A stretch of 64,000 nt of DNA from Octopus sinensis (lineage: Eukaryota), in assembly GCF_006345805.1 (NCBI RefSeq), contig NC_043013.1, forward strand, positions 56,110,001 through 56,174,000, given 5' to 3'. The notes under the pieces were generated by a model. That model was given only the letters and a program-made list of their open reading frames with translations, ran no database searches and was not told the origin of the DNA. This document shows, one piece after another, positions 53,029 through 64,000 of this stretch; the stretch's first letter is position 1; each line of letters begins with the position of its first letter. Made by a program: the position numbers and the translations under genes.

Positions 53029-54272
53029 CGAGGGACGTTCAATAAGTAATGCCTCTGACCCACTTGCAGTTGTTTGATCTAGCTGAAATTTTGCATGTAC
53101 AATCATTTACATCTCTATAGAGTAAGTGGAAAATTACAGCTCTGAATTAATTGTGGTTTCTAATTTACAGGTGTTTGAACCGAGTCAAGTGTGAAATGGA
53201 GCCTGTTGAGTGTCGAGCAGTGATCCGGTTTTTGTATTTGAAAGGATGCACACCACGGGAGACTTTTGAAGAAATGAAAGTAACTTATGGTGATGATGCC
53301 CCATCATATGACCTTGTAAAACGCTGAGATCTGGTCGCCCCTTCTGCCATTGATGAGGCATCTGTCCGTCAAGTTGAGGCTGCCATTTTGGAAGATCGAC
53401 GCATAATTATTCGCCAAATAGCCCATGAGGTCAAGATTAGTACCGGGTCTGTGGAAACTATCATTCATGACCATTTGCATATGCAAAAGGTGTCTGCCAG
53501 ATGGATTCCCAGGTTGCTCACGCCTTTCCAGAAGCAAGAACGCGTCGAGTGCTCGAGGGTGAATTTGGAGATGTGCCAAGAAGATGAGTCAAAATTTTTC
53601 AAAAGACTGATTACACAGGATGAAACCTGGGTCCATCACTATGATCCAGAGACCAAAGCCCAGTCAATGCAGTGGAAGCACCGTGACTCACCCCCTCCAA
53701 AGAAGGCAAGGGAGCAGCCCTCCGCTGGCAAGGTCATGCTCACAGTCTTCTGGGACCAGGACGGAGTAGTGATGACAGATTTCCTGGCAAAGGGTACCAC
53801 AATTGCAGGAGCCTATTATGCTTCACTTTTGAGGAAATTAAGAGAAGTTATCAAAATCAAGAGGCGGGGCAAGATCAGCAAAGGCATCCTCCTCCTGCAG
53901 GACAACGCTCCGGTCCACAACTCGCTTGTCGCCAGATCAGAAGCACAGGCGTATGGCTATGAACACCTCCCCATCCCCCCTACTTTCCTGACCTTGCACC
54001 CTCTGATTTTCACCTCTTCCCAATCATGAAGTTGTTTTGGAAAGGAAAGCGTTTCCCAGATGATGCAGCCTTGATTTCTGAAGTCACGTTCAGGTTGGAG
54101 GACCAAGCTGGGGTCTTCTACAAAAACGGTCTCCAGAGCCGCATCAAACGATGGGAGAAATGCGTAACTCTGGGTGGTTCCTATGTAGAAAAAGACTAAT
54201 AACTGTGCCTAGTTTCGTTGCTCTACTGCTATGGGAAGTGGGTCAGGGGCATTACTTATTGAACGCCCCTCG
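53029..54272 (+). mobile_element. Near full-length mariner transposon (DD34D, irritans-like), transposase disrupted
   Basis: 37-bp TIRs with 2 mismatches (CGAGGG(A/G)CGTTCAATAAGTAATGCC(T/C)CTGACCCACTT) and TA TSD. ATG at 53196, stop at 54197-54199. Motifs WIPRLL, ITQDETWVHHY, LLQDNAPVH, HPPYFPDLAPSD. N-terminal stop/deletion near 53326 and a frameshift near 53970. Confidence 0.95.
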
Positions 54273-55036
54273 TATACTGTATATGTCTTGTGCATATCTC
54301 ATTGTCCAATATATCTTCCGTCATTCTTTCCCTCGTGAACTCAGCTAATTTTTACCATCATTTTCTCTCACTCTATACATGCATATATACTTACATACAT
54401 ACATACATGTATACATACATACATGCATGCATACATACATACATACATACATACATACATACATACATACATACATACATACATGCATGCGTGCATGCAT
54501 ACATACACACATACATACGTACACGCGTGCATGCATACATACACACATACATACGTACACGCTTACATTCTGATACATTTTCATATATGAATATATTAAT
54601 GAAAGATATATCCCTACCATGGCAGAATCCCCTACAAAAATGAATGACTAACGATGGTGGCATGACTCATAACACATCACAATGTGAAAATTACAAGCAA
54701 ATGGGTCACTAATACATCTAATGAACAGTGTTCAAGTGCTAGCCAAACCATCAGAACGTCCAAATGAATGAAAGTGACCAGGTTTACGGCAATCATAGCA
54801 GCTACACATGCCAATAGCACTTCATAACCGAATGATGGCGCTGTGAAAGTCTAGAAACATTGATAAATAGGGGGGCGTTTGGAATCTTCTAAGGAACGAA
54901 CTTCAAAATGCACAAACGAAAAAATAAAAAAAAACTTTATAAAGAATTTACAACAACATCATAGACGTGTTTTCAATACCAGAAGGCTTAAACAAAGGCT
55001 GTTCTCTTTCTATTTATATATAAATAATTCACATAC

Positions 55037-55190
55037 AGGCGTGGCTGAGTAGTAAGAAGCTTGCTTCCCAACCACATGGTTCCAAGTTCAATCCCACTGC
55101 TTGACACCTTGGGCAAGTGTCTTCTACTATAACCTCGGGATGACCAAAGCCTCATAAGTGGATTTGGTAGATGGAAACTAAAAGAAACCT

Positions 55191-55241
<51 letters not shown>

Positions 55242-57375
55242 TGCGTGTGTGTGTGTGTGTGTCTGTGTGTCTGTGTGTAACAGTGGAAAAAATTAAGACA
55301 GAAATAGAACTCGTTAAGCTTAGAGCGCTAAGCAATGAACAGAAATTTAAAAACATCGATGAGGAAATCTGCAACGAAAGAAGCATTCTCAGATGGTGAA
55401 CGCTTGGAAAGTGTTTAGAAACTGTGGGAAACAACTTGCGAAGCTGAAGAGACCAACTCCCTGCAATGCCGGGAAAGACAAGCCAATTTCTTTATTAACT
55501 ACGAAACACAGTTCACCATAGAAAACACATCGGCTAACCTCTTCCTGAAGAAAAATAAACCAAAAACATAACACAGAAATGACCCCACGCTTATCAAACA
55601 CAAACCACAGACAGTCTAGGGAACACAACTCCACCGACCTGACCTCTCTTACATCCCAAAATAACTTTCAAACAACAAATAGAAAATCCAGACGTAATCC
55701 TCAAGGCATCCAACATACAAATAAAAGGTTCCATCGAAACCTCCAGACTAACCTAAACTTTTGGGAACTGCTACCTACCAATCTACTCCCATCATCTCAC
55801 AATCAATGGAAGAATTTACCTCCAAGACTTAACCCTCAACATGGTTACTTCAATCATTCAACTAAACACAACCTAATTAGACAACGTAACTTCTCCCTCC
55901 ACCCACATTACAATATTGAAAATAGATTTAACCGAAACCACATCAACCATAGACAACCCTCGGCACAACCATAATCTAGTCTGCTACACGGTCACCCCAC
56001 CACAATCACCCCACCACAATCACACTACCACAGACACACTTTACACCCATTTTCTCCTCACCAAACCAAACACAATACAGACTTCCCACAACAATCCACC
56101 TGCAACAACCATTTTTTAGACTTAAATCAGAAAAAACAGAGATGTGAAATGGAACAAAATACACAAGAACAACCGAAAATAATCAACTTATCAAAGAAAA
56201 TCCTAAGTATTACACAAACTAAAATCCTAGCAAGAGGTTTAAAGTTTACTCCAACCTCTCGCAGATCGAACCCGGATGAAATAAAGGATAACACTATGGA
56301 TTTCTGCCAAAAATTACGCCTCACAGAAGCACTTCCCAACTACACCAGCGAAGATGACTCAATAGTAAAAATAAACAAAAGTGAATACTGTTCTACAAAA
56401 GGCAGAAATAAAGCACTTGATGCTTTTTGTGAACACATTACCAGTTTTCATTTTAATACCCTACAAAAACAACGAATTAAATCCAACTTTAATGTAAATT
56501 AATAGAAAGACCTAATTGAGTTAAAAAATTATATAAACCTCACCATTAAAGAAGCCGACAAAGGAAGCGCAGTAGTGGTGATGGACACAGAGTACTACAA
56601 AAATGTTATACTCTCCGAGTTGGAAAATAATATTTACTATGAGAAGATAGTACAATACAACCCAAAGAAGACACTTAAAAACTTATCCTCCTTACTTCAA
56701 ATACATGGAAAGGGCCTCACTAAAAATGATGTAGACTATTTATCCAATTTTAAATACAGACCTAGTCTATTCTATTGATTACCTAAAATACACAAAAATC
56801 TACATATTTGTAAAGCTTGCAAAGTTTCTCCAAGCCTATGCATTAATGTCCCCCCCCCTACTGATGTCATACAGAGATCCATCATTGCTGGCCCTGTTTG
56901 TGAAACCCACCATTTGAGCAACTTCCTCGACATCTTACTCAAACAGTTTCTAAAATATGTGAAAAGCTTCATCAGGGATGACTTAGCCATGTTGAACCAC
57001 CTCCCAAAGACAATAAATGAAGGAACCCTGTTAGTATCATTCGATGTAGTGAATTTGTACACCAATATCCTACACAATCATGTTATAGAAGCAATCACCT
57101 TCTGGCTAGAAAAATACCCAGAAGAGATCCCAGGATGCATCAACCACAGATTCATAATCACAGCACTGAAATTCATCCTACTAAACAACTATTTCATGTT
57201 CGATACAGTTTACTATCGACAAAAATGTCCCTGTTACTTAGCGGATGTGCAAAAGTGACCGATAAAATAAGTACCAGGCTTATAAAAGATAAATATTGGG
57301 GTCAATACATTCGACTAAAAATTCTTCAACATGGTGCTCCAACATGGCCACAGTCTAATAACTGAAATAAGGAAA
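55037..57375 (+). mobile_element. tRNA-derived SINE split by a Penelope-like insertion (head 55037-55275, tail 57227-57375)
   Basis: Head GGCGTGGCTGAGTAGTAAG...CCAAGTTCAATCCC plus (TA)n(TG)n. The body resumes at CCCTGTTACTTAGCGG...GGTGCTCCAACATGGCCACAGTC, as in the uninterrupted family segment at about 7090-7270. Confidence 0.7.
55278..57226 (+). mobile_element. Penelope-like retroelement fragment (N-terminal region plus RT up to YYRQ), pseudogenised
   Basis: One frame 56149-57226 with in-frame stops: IINLS...LARGLKFTPT, IKEADKGSAVVVMD, FY*LPKIHK, RSIIAGP, LVSFDVVNLYTNI, FILLNNYFMFDTVYYRQ. These are diagnostic PLE RT motifs. No GIY-YIG domain or YxDD motif is retained. Confidence 0.9.
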
Positions 57376-58261
57376 AGAGGAAAAGTAAACAATACACACA
57401 GATTTCCAATGTCTGTTGTTTTTTTCCTTCTGTGTAGCGATATCTTTAAGCGTGTCTATTTGGTGCATACATATAACTACTTCTCTCCCTCTCTCCCTCC
57501 CTCTTCTCTCAGTATTTTGCAGCATCTGCCTTCCATTTGTTCTTCCTCTTGGCAACAGTTGACTTTCTATTATCTCACACAGGCACAAACATGTGTATGC
57601 GTACTCTACGTTTCTCACAAACATGCATTCTAATATATATTCTGCATTTTGACATTCAATATATTAATGATGATGATGATGATGATGATAAAAACAACAA
57701 TAAACTTTGACTTAAATGTTTCTTCATTAAAAAGACGATGCAGCAATACTTGTGTTCTTCCTCACTTTTGTGTTTTTTTTTTTTTGGTTTTTCCATTGGC
57801 TAAAATACCTCAGCCATTTTTCATGGTTTCTTTAACTAAAAGCGGATGCTATTTTTCATTGTTCCTGTTTCCTTTGTGTGACAACTAAACTCAAATGACA
57901 TCACTAAACATAAACGCAGACAAAGAACTTCTGCTTAATGACTTCTTTGATCACTAAAATCTGTTAGTTTTTATGATTATTTCTTCTTTTGAGTGAAAAG
58001 GTTTCTAGGAATGATTTTATTGAATTTCTTTCTCTTCAATATGTAATCTTTGATTTTATATCGATTACAAGCTAGAACAGTTTCCAAAAGAGTTGCATTG
58101 GCCCCCTTGCTAGATGCCACGATGGTGAATAATTTGATAGACATAATCCTGGTTTAGCACCAGCACTTGGTACTTGGGTAACTTTAGAAGAGTCTGTTCT
58201 GTTGTTATTATTTGTGACCAAATTTATAAAGTCTGATGTTAACTTCCTCTTTTCATCTTAC

Positions 58262-58313
58262 CATTCATAGTGGAAAGGATATCAAAAAGGTTGTTTGGTG
58301 TTGCCATCTTCCT
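58262..58313 (-). CDS. Candidate isolated 52-nt exon (possible start MATPNNLFDILSTMN)
   Basis: Acceptor ATATTTTCATCAG|AGG, donor ATG|GTAAGA, ATG in AAGATGG context, open frame. No partner exon or protein family identified. Confidence 0.25.
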
Positions 58314-58636
58314 CTGATGAAAATATTTAGAAATAAATACAATATTAATTCGCACGGTTAGATATAGCGTAACTGATAATGCTGATGATGATTATGATGA
58401 TGACAGCAATGATAACGATGATGAGATAGTTCATTATGATGATAATAAGACAGGCAGACATTTCTACAGACTCACCTGCATGGAAGTAAACACAGTCTGC
58501 GGATTCACTTGTAGATCATGCATGCATCATGCAAAGCCACATGTATCTTGTGCATGTGTACATAGTATGCACATTTTCCTTCCCATGCAAACATTTTGTA
58601 CAAATTCTTGCACAAACTGTGTTCTGTCACTTCCTA

Positions 58637-58905
58637 AAATTGAGAAATATTAGGATCTAGCAAGAGAACTGAAGACTAAGACAACAGTTGTTCCTGTGGT
58701 AATTGGTGCACTTGGCACAACACCCAAAATGCTACCTAAACGACTAAAAAATTTGGAATTGAAAATCGCTATGCCAACCGACGAAAAAGTAGCATCCTCA
58801 TTCTGCAAGAATCCTAAGAACAGATTCTTGAGACTTGAGGAGACTTTTTATCACCAAACCTCAAGATAACATTCTTGCTATTTAAATTAGCCTGTAATAG
58901 CTTGT
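58637..58905 (+). mobile_element. R4/Dong-type LINE 3' end fragment
   Basis: KIEKY*DLAREL.TKTTVVPVVIGALGTTPKMLPKRL, the C-terminus of the restriction-like endonuclease. Confidence 0.75.
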
Positions 58906-59270
58906 TAATGATAACAACAATGCTGCTGCTGCTACAACTACTGCTACTACAAATAATAATAATAATAGGGTTCCGCAAAAGGTTCCTTTATTTTCTGTAT
59001 TTTTCTTTTTCTCTTTTGTCTTTCTTTTTTTTTCTCTTTTTTCCCTTTTTCTGCCATCTTTTTTCTGTTTATTTTTTCTGTCTTTTTCTTTTGGCCTGTT
59101 ATAAAATTGTAGCTTAAAAACTGATGATGTCGTTCCATCAATGTATGGACGCTAATTGCTCTCGTTCATACTTTATGTCTAAATTTCTATAATTTTGAAT
59201 TTTTATCACTTCTTATTTTGAACTTAACAAAGACAGACTTACTTTTGAAATTTTGTTCAACCAATAAAAT

Positions 59271-59945
59271 CATCATCATCATCATTTAGTGTCTGCTTTC
59301 CATGCTAGCATGGGTTGGACGGTTCAACTGGGGTCTGGGAAGCCAGAAGGCAGCACCAGGCCCAGTCTGATCTGGCAGTGTTTCTACAGCTGGATGCCCT
59401 TCCTAATGCCAACCACTCCGTAAGTGTAGTGGGTGCTTTTTACGTGCCACCGGCACAGGTGCCAGATGGGGCTGGCAGACGGCCATGATCAGATGGTGCT
59501 TTTTATGTGCCACCGGCACGGGGACCAGATGAAGCTGGCAACGGCCACGGTCGGATGGTGCTTTTTACGTGCCACCGGCACGGAGGCCAGTCGGGCGGTG
59601 CTGGCTACAGCCACGTTCAGATGGTTCTCTTACGTGCCACTGGCACTGGTATCACAGCTACAAATTCCATTGATGTTGATAGATTACGATTTTGATTTTG
59701 ATCTTGATCTTCACTTGCCTCAACAGGTCTTCACAAGTGGAGTTTTGTGTCCCAAGAAGGAAAGGAATGCATAGGTGGGCTGGCTACATCCCAGGTGGAG
59801 GCCACGGGATTATGGCCTCACTTGTCCTGCCGGGTCTTCTCACGCACAGCATGCTTCCATAGGTCTCGGTCTCTAGTCATTTCCTCGGTGAGACCTAAAG
59901 TTCAAAGGTCGTGCTTCACCAATCGAATCTTGCTCTTCGTCTTGA
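59271..59945 (-). mobile_element. RTE LINE 3' end with ORF2 C-terminus and ~57-bp array
   Basis: VKHDL*TLGLTEEMTRDRDLWKHAVREKTRQDK* (stop 59818-59820), then a UTR with 3-4 repeat units and a (GAT)n tail. Confidence 0.85.
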
Positions 59946-59988
59946 CTGTTTACCTTTGTGAAGAGTTATGTCAATCCTTTTTATAATG

Positions 59989-60029
<41 letters not shown>

Positions 60030-60124
60030 CATAATAATAATAATAATAATAATAATGATAATAGTTCAGTTGGTTTGTCTGTGATCCAAAGTGTCAATTT
60101 TGTGATGAGCAGGTTGGGATCATT

Positions 60125-60655
60125 GATCCCCTTGTTTCTGGCTGCAAAGTAATAGATCCCCAGGAGCATAAATCTAGGTATGATAAAGCAGGATAATACT
60201 TACATTGGGTAATACGCAGGTGTTATGGCATAAACACACAAGAAAAATGGTACAAGCATCACTCAGATGCAGAAGCAAGAGACAAGAATATATGAATCCT
60301 TTGGCATTTTTTTATGAAGATAAACTGATTGATCAAAGCCAATAGACTTGATATAATTGTGAAAGATGGTAAAATGAAGACATGCCATTTAATTTGTGTG
60401 AGCATAATATCCAGTTGTAACATCCGGAAAGATTTCCAAAAGCTGTGTAAATACAAAGACCTGATAATTTGAAAATAAGAAAATGTGGCTTCTTAAGACC
60501 TGCACAATGTCTGATAAGTGGTACAGTTGGAGTGATAAAAGGGAGCAGGAAAGTATTTGGAGCAGATCCCTGGAAAGCCATTCCTGCTAGAGGTACAGAA
60601 AATAGTGCTCACTGGTACTGTTACATGTCTTGATAAGGGTATTATCAATATAAAT
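60125..60655 (+). mobile_element. R4/Dong-type LINE fragment (zinc knuckle end plus RLE domain)
   Basis: GCKVIDPQEHKSRYDKAG*YLHW...WYKH...ILW...ANRLDIIVKD...KYKDL...IVLTGT. Confidence 0.75.
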
Positions 60656-61015
60656 ATCTTGCAAAGTCATTCACTCTCATGCTGACAGTTGTAATCCAAT
60701 TGATCAATAAATGCTTGTATTACCAAATTTTGCCTCTGTTATCAGTGTGAATCTCAGCAAGATGAGGAAAAGATGCAGAATTCAAAGGATTTATTATAAT
60801 AATAACGATGAGGATAATATTAATGATGATGATCATGATGATGAAGATAATAACAACAACAGCAACACTTGTGTGTGTGTTTATTATTTATATATTTAAT
60901 TACCCAATTTCTGAACAGTTTCATTTTCCTGAATGTCTATCAATAAATGTATAATTGTATATATTTACGTAACGTTCCTTCCATCCTTATTTATACAAGA
61001 ATAGTGAGGGTATGC

Positions 61016-61056
61016 TTCTCTGATGAAGTCAAAATAATACTGAAACATTTCCAGAA
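61016..61056 (+). ncRNA. Degenerate hammerhead-like motif
   Basis: TTCT-CTGATGA-AGT...ACT-GAAAC-ATTTCC-AGAA. Stems I and II pair, but stem III and the cleavage triplet are non-canonical. Confidence 0.3.
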
Positions 61057-61449
61057 TTTTCTCCTGTCCTTCTTAGGAAAATTGAATTAATAGCAGTCAT
61101 TGAACAATTTCTTTTTGTTTTTTTCAACCCCACATTTGTTTCTTGTTAGCTTCCACTTAATCTCTTCGTTAATTATGTTAACTCTAATTTATCTATTTTT
61201 AAAATCATTTGTGTTAGTTTGGGTCATGTTTTGAACAGCACATTATTTTGTCCACGCTCACCATGGTGCAGTGTTTGTTTGAATGGTTTCTATGATCTAA
61301 ACCAGTATTTCTCAACTTGGGTTACATGGAACCCTAGGGTTCCGCAAGCGGTTCCTATGGGCTCTGTGAGAAAGGGTGAGATAAGCTAATGCTAATTTTA
61401 TGATCGTAATATTACTATACATGCACATTATGTGTGCATATACATACAT

Positions 61450-61497
<48 letters not shown>

Positions 61498-61519
61498 ACA
61501 TGTTAAAAGCATCATCTGA

Positions 61520-61722
61520 ACATGGCCGATGCCAGTGCCACCTGACTGACTCCCATGCTAGTGGCACGTAAAAAGCATCCACTACACTCCTGGAGTGGTT
61601 GACATTAGGAAGGGCATCCAGATCAGCCTGGAGCCCGGTGCAGTCTCCTTCCTGGCTTGCCAGTTCTCAGTGAAAGCATCCAACTCATGCCAGCAGGGAA
61701 AATGGACGTTAAACGATGATGA
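61520..61722 (+). mobile_element. Short RTE 3' UTR fragment
   Basis: GTGGCACGTAAAAAGCATCC...TTAGGAAGGGCATCCAG...GGAAAATGGACGTTAAACGATGATG. Confidence 0.75.
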
Positions 61723-61907
61723 GTATACCAAAAGAGAAAGGGGGCAATTCGAGAATGAGTTATTAAAAAATAAATTCTTTTGCATCCCAAAATTTTTTAA
61801 TACTTCAGAGACGTTTTTTCCTCATATTCATAAGATCTGATGTCACTAAAGAGGGAATAGATTATTTCCTTCGATTTAGTGGTATGTGAAAACATGCAGG
61901 TAATTAC

Positions 61908-61971
<64 letters not shown>

Positions 61972-62198
61972 AAGTGTGTGTGTGTGCATGTAGTATAGAA
62001 CTGGTCAGTACAGAATGCAATGCCATCTTAATTCCCTCTGGAGGAATAAACTGGAGACAGACTTCTGTGTGCAGGTGTGTCTGAGAGTCTTTTATCTCTG
62101 GCGACAAAAGATCCAGGTACACAAGGAGTATGTGGTGCTGTAGAAGAATATGGCAATAAAATGGTGTTCGGGGGTGAGAGATGAAAGAATTGAATGGT

Positions 62199-62991
62199 AG
62201 AATCTTTTTGGTTTGAATGGCAGTTTTTGACATAATTTCCACGTAACTAAACACTTTTAAACTTCGTATACCGGTAGAATGAGTTTATAAAACATCTTGC
62301 CTTTATTGAGAAAATTCTATAGTTTGTAAGATATTTGTTGTTTTTTTTCTTCAATTTCTGCCATTTCAACCAATAAATGACATATATTGAGGTGAAAACA
62401 TTCTGTGCCGAATGAATATGTCCTTCATCTAAGAAACAGATTGGGTTTATTTACATTTCTGAGGAAAAAAAGATACCCTTTCCCCCACCCCTAACCCTAA
62501 CTAACCTTAACCCTGGGGTCATAATTATGGGTGACAATTTCATATGACACCGCTAGAAAAACTGCCGTTCAAACCGAAAAGATCCCCCAATCTGTTTCTT
62601 AAGCAAGGGACATATTCATACAGCACAGAATGTTTTTTACCCCAATGGAGGTCATTGATTGGTTGAAATTGCAGAAATTGAAGAATATCTTACAAACTAT
62701 AAAATTTTCTCAATAAAGCCAAGAGGAAAAGATGTTTTATAAACACATTCTACCAGTATACGAAGTTAAAATTTTTTTAGTTACCTAGAAATTATGTTAA
62801 AAACTTCCGTTCAAACCGAAAAGATCAAGATTGGGTTTATTTACATTTGTGAAGAAAAAAGATACCCTTCCTTCCACCTCTAACCCTAAAACAGATTGAA
62901 ATGCAATAGATTGATACTAGGGTCATAATTATGGGTGACAACTTCATATGACACCGCTAGAAAAAACTGCCATTCAAACTGAAAAGATCCC
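62199..62991. mobile_element. Second copy of the CCCTAA-containing foldback element, with an extra appended internal module
   Basis: Collinear with 51694-52365 up to 62826, followed by another copy of the central module (62827-62991) ending AAAAGATCCC. Confidence 0.85.
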
Positions 62992-64000
62992 GATTTTATT
63001 TCACTTTAAGTAAATTCCCAGGTAAACGTTCCTAATAGAAAGGCAGAAGACACCAGAAGCAAGATTAAGGAATATACACGCACAGTTAAATATAGAAGTG
63101 TAAAGCATAATTTGTTACATAATTGTTATAAACCTAAACTCGAATATCAAAGTTTAAAAGGTTTTAATCGACTAAAAATACAGCAATATACAATACAAAC
63201 GAAGATTGCCAAATTGTAAGCAAAACCAAACATTTTTTATACAGCGAGTTTCTCCATTCTCGACTAAAATCAACGCTGAACATGTCGTCTGCAAACATAA
63301 CAGAACTCCGCGCAGTCGCAGTGCAGGCCTATAAAAAGCAATGGAGACAATCAAAATCACAACAATAATCTCTATAATATTGAATGGAATAATTCCTCAT
63401 TTGAACTTTTTTAATTACATATATGTGTGTGTGTGTGTGTGTGGTAGAAATTTACGAGTAGACAATTTCATTAAATCCATTTTTCTCAAAGTTATGATCA
63501 TCATCCAAAGTCGGGGTCTCACAAATCTGTAGTTATACCGATTCAAAAATACATAAAATGAATTGTTCAAGTAAAAAAAAGTTCATCAATTTTCAGAGGA
63601 ATATTTAAAATTTGGATTTATACTCGCCATCCACGATAAACTGTCTCCAAGTTATGAAGGAAAAACTCGGATCTTGTGAATTTTCCAAAAGTCCTCTCCT
63701 CACCCCTTGGAAAAAGTTTTCCTACAAATTTATTTATAATCGTAATCTATGTCGGTTGAAAGGTATTTATACAAAATTTCATTAAAAAAAAAACAAAACA
63801 TTTTCCTAAAAGTTATGAGGGGAAATCTCAGATCTTATGAATTTTCCGAAGTTCTCTCCCCTATCGTTGCTTTCCACACATTTCTTTCATATTCGTTTCC
63901 TACACATTTCTTTTTACATCCATTTCACTATTTTTTCATTTATTTAGTTTCCGGGTAATATTGTAAACATTAACCAAATTTTGAATAACAAAAATTAAAT

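Noticed and set aside
58310-58340. CTGATGA...GAAAT as a hammerhead
   Set aside because: No stem II closing pair, no stem I or stem III; it coincides with the minus-strand splice acceptor candidate.

Overview
AT-rich, microsatellite-dense eukaryotic DNA. The repeat families (RTE LINE tails ending ...CCATGCTAGCATGGAAAxCGGACGTTAAACGATGATG, tRNA-headed SINEs with internal (TA)n/(TG)n) resemble those I associate with Octopus; the species assignment is inference. I see no intact host protein-coding gene, rRNA, bona fide tRNA or CRISPR array. Most ORF-track entries are translated microsatellites. The window is mainly a transposon graveyard: RTE, CR1 and R4/Dong LINE fragments, Gypsy and DIRS remnants, three Tc1/mariner elements, hAT remnants, Helitron-like elements, MITEs and a Penelope-like (PLE) reverse transcriptase. 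The main signal is a set of hammerhead-ribozyme (HHR) elements. (i) At 3645-5090 a ~570-610 bp tandem unit plus an inverted partial copy sits inside (TA)n. Each full unit carries a complete type I HHR with a palindromic stem III and an unusually long stem II (retrozyme / PLE pseudo-LTR architecture; predicted 609-nt monomer). (ii) At 28195-28540 a tRNA-headed SINE carries a degenerate HHR and an inverted copy of its own tail. (iii) Two more degenerate HHR-like motifs lie at 27.7 and 61.0 kb. A decayed PLE RT is nested in a SINE at 55.3-57.2 kb. All structure and homology calls were made by eye. Coordinates of degraded elements are approximate.
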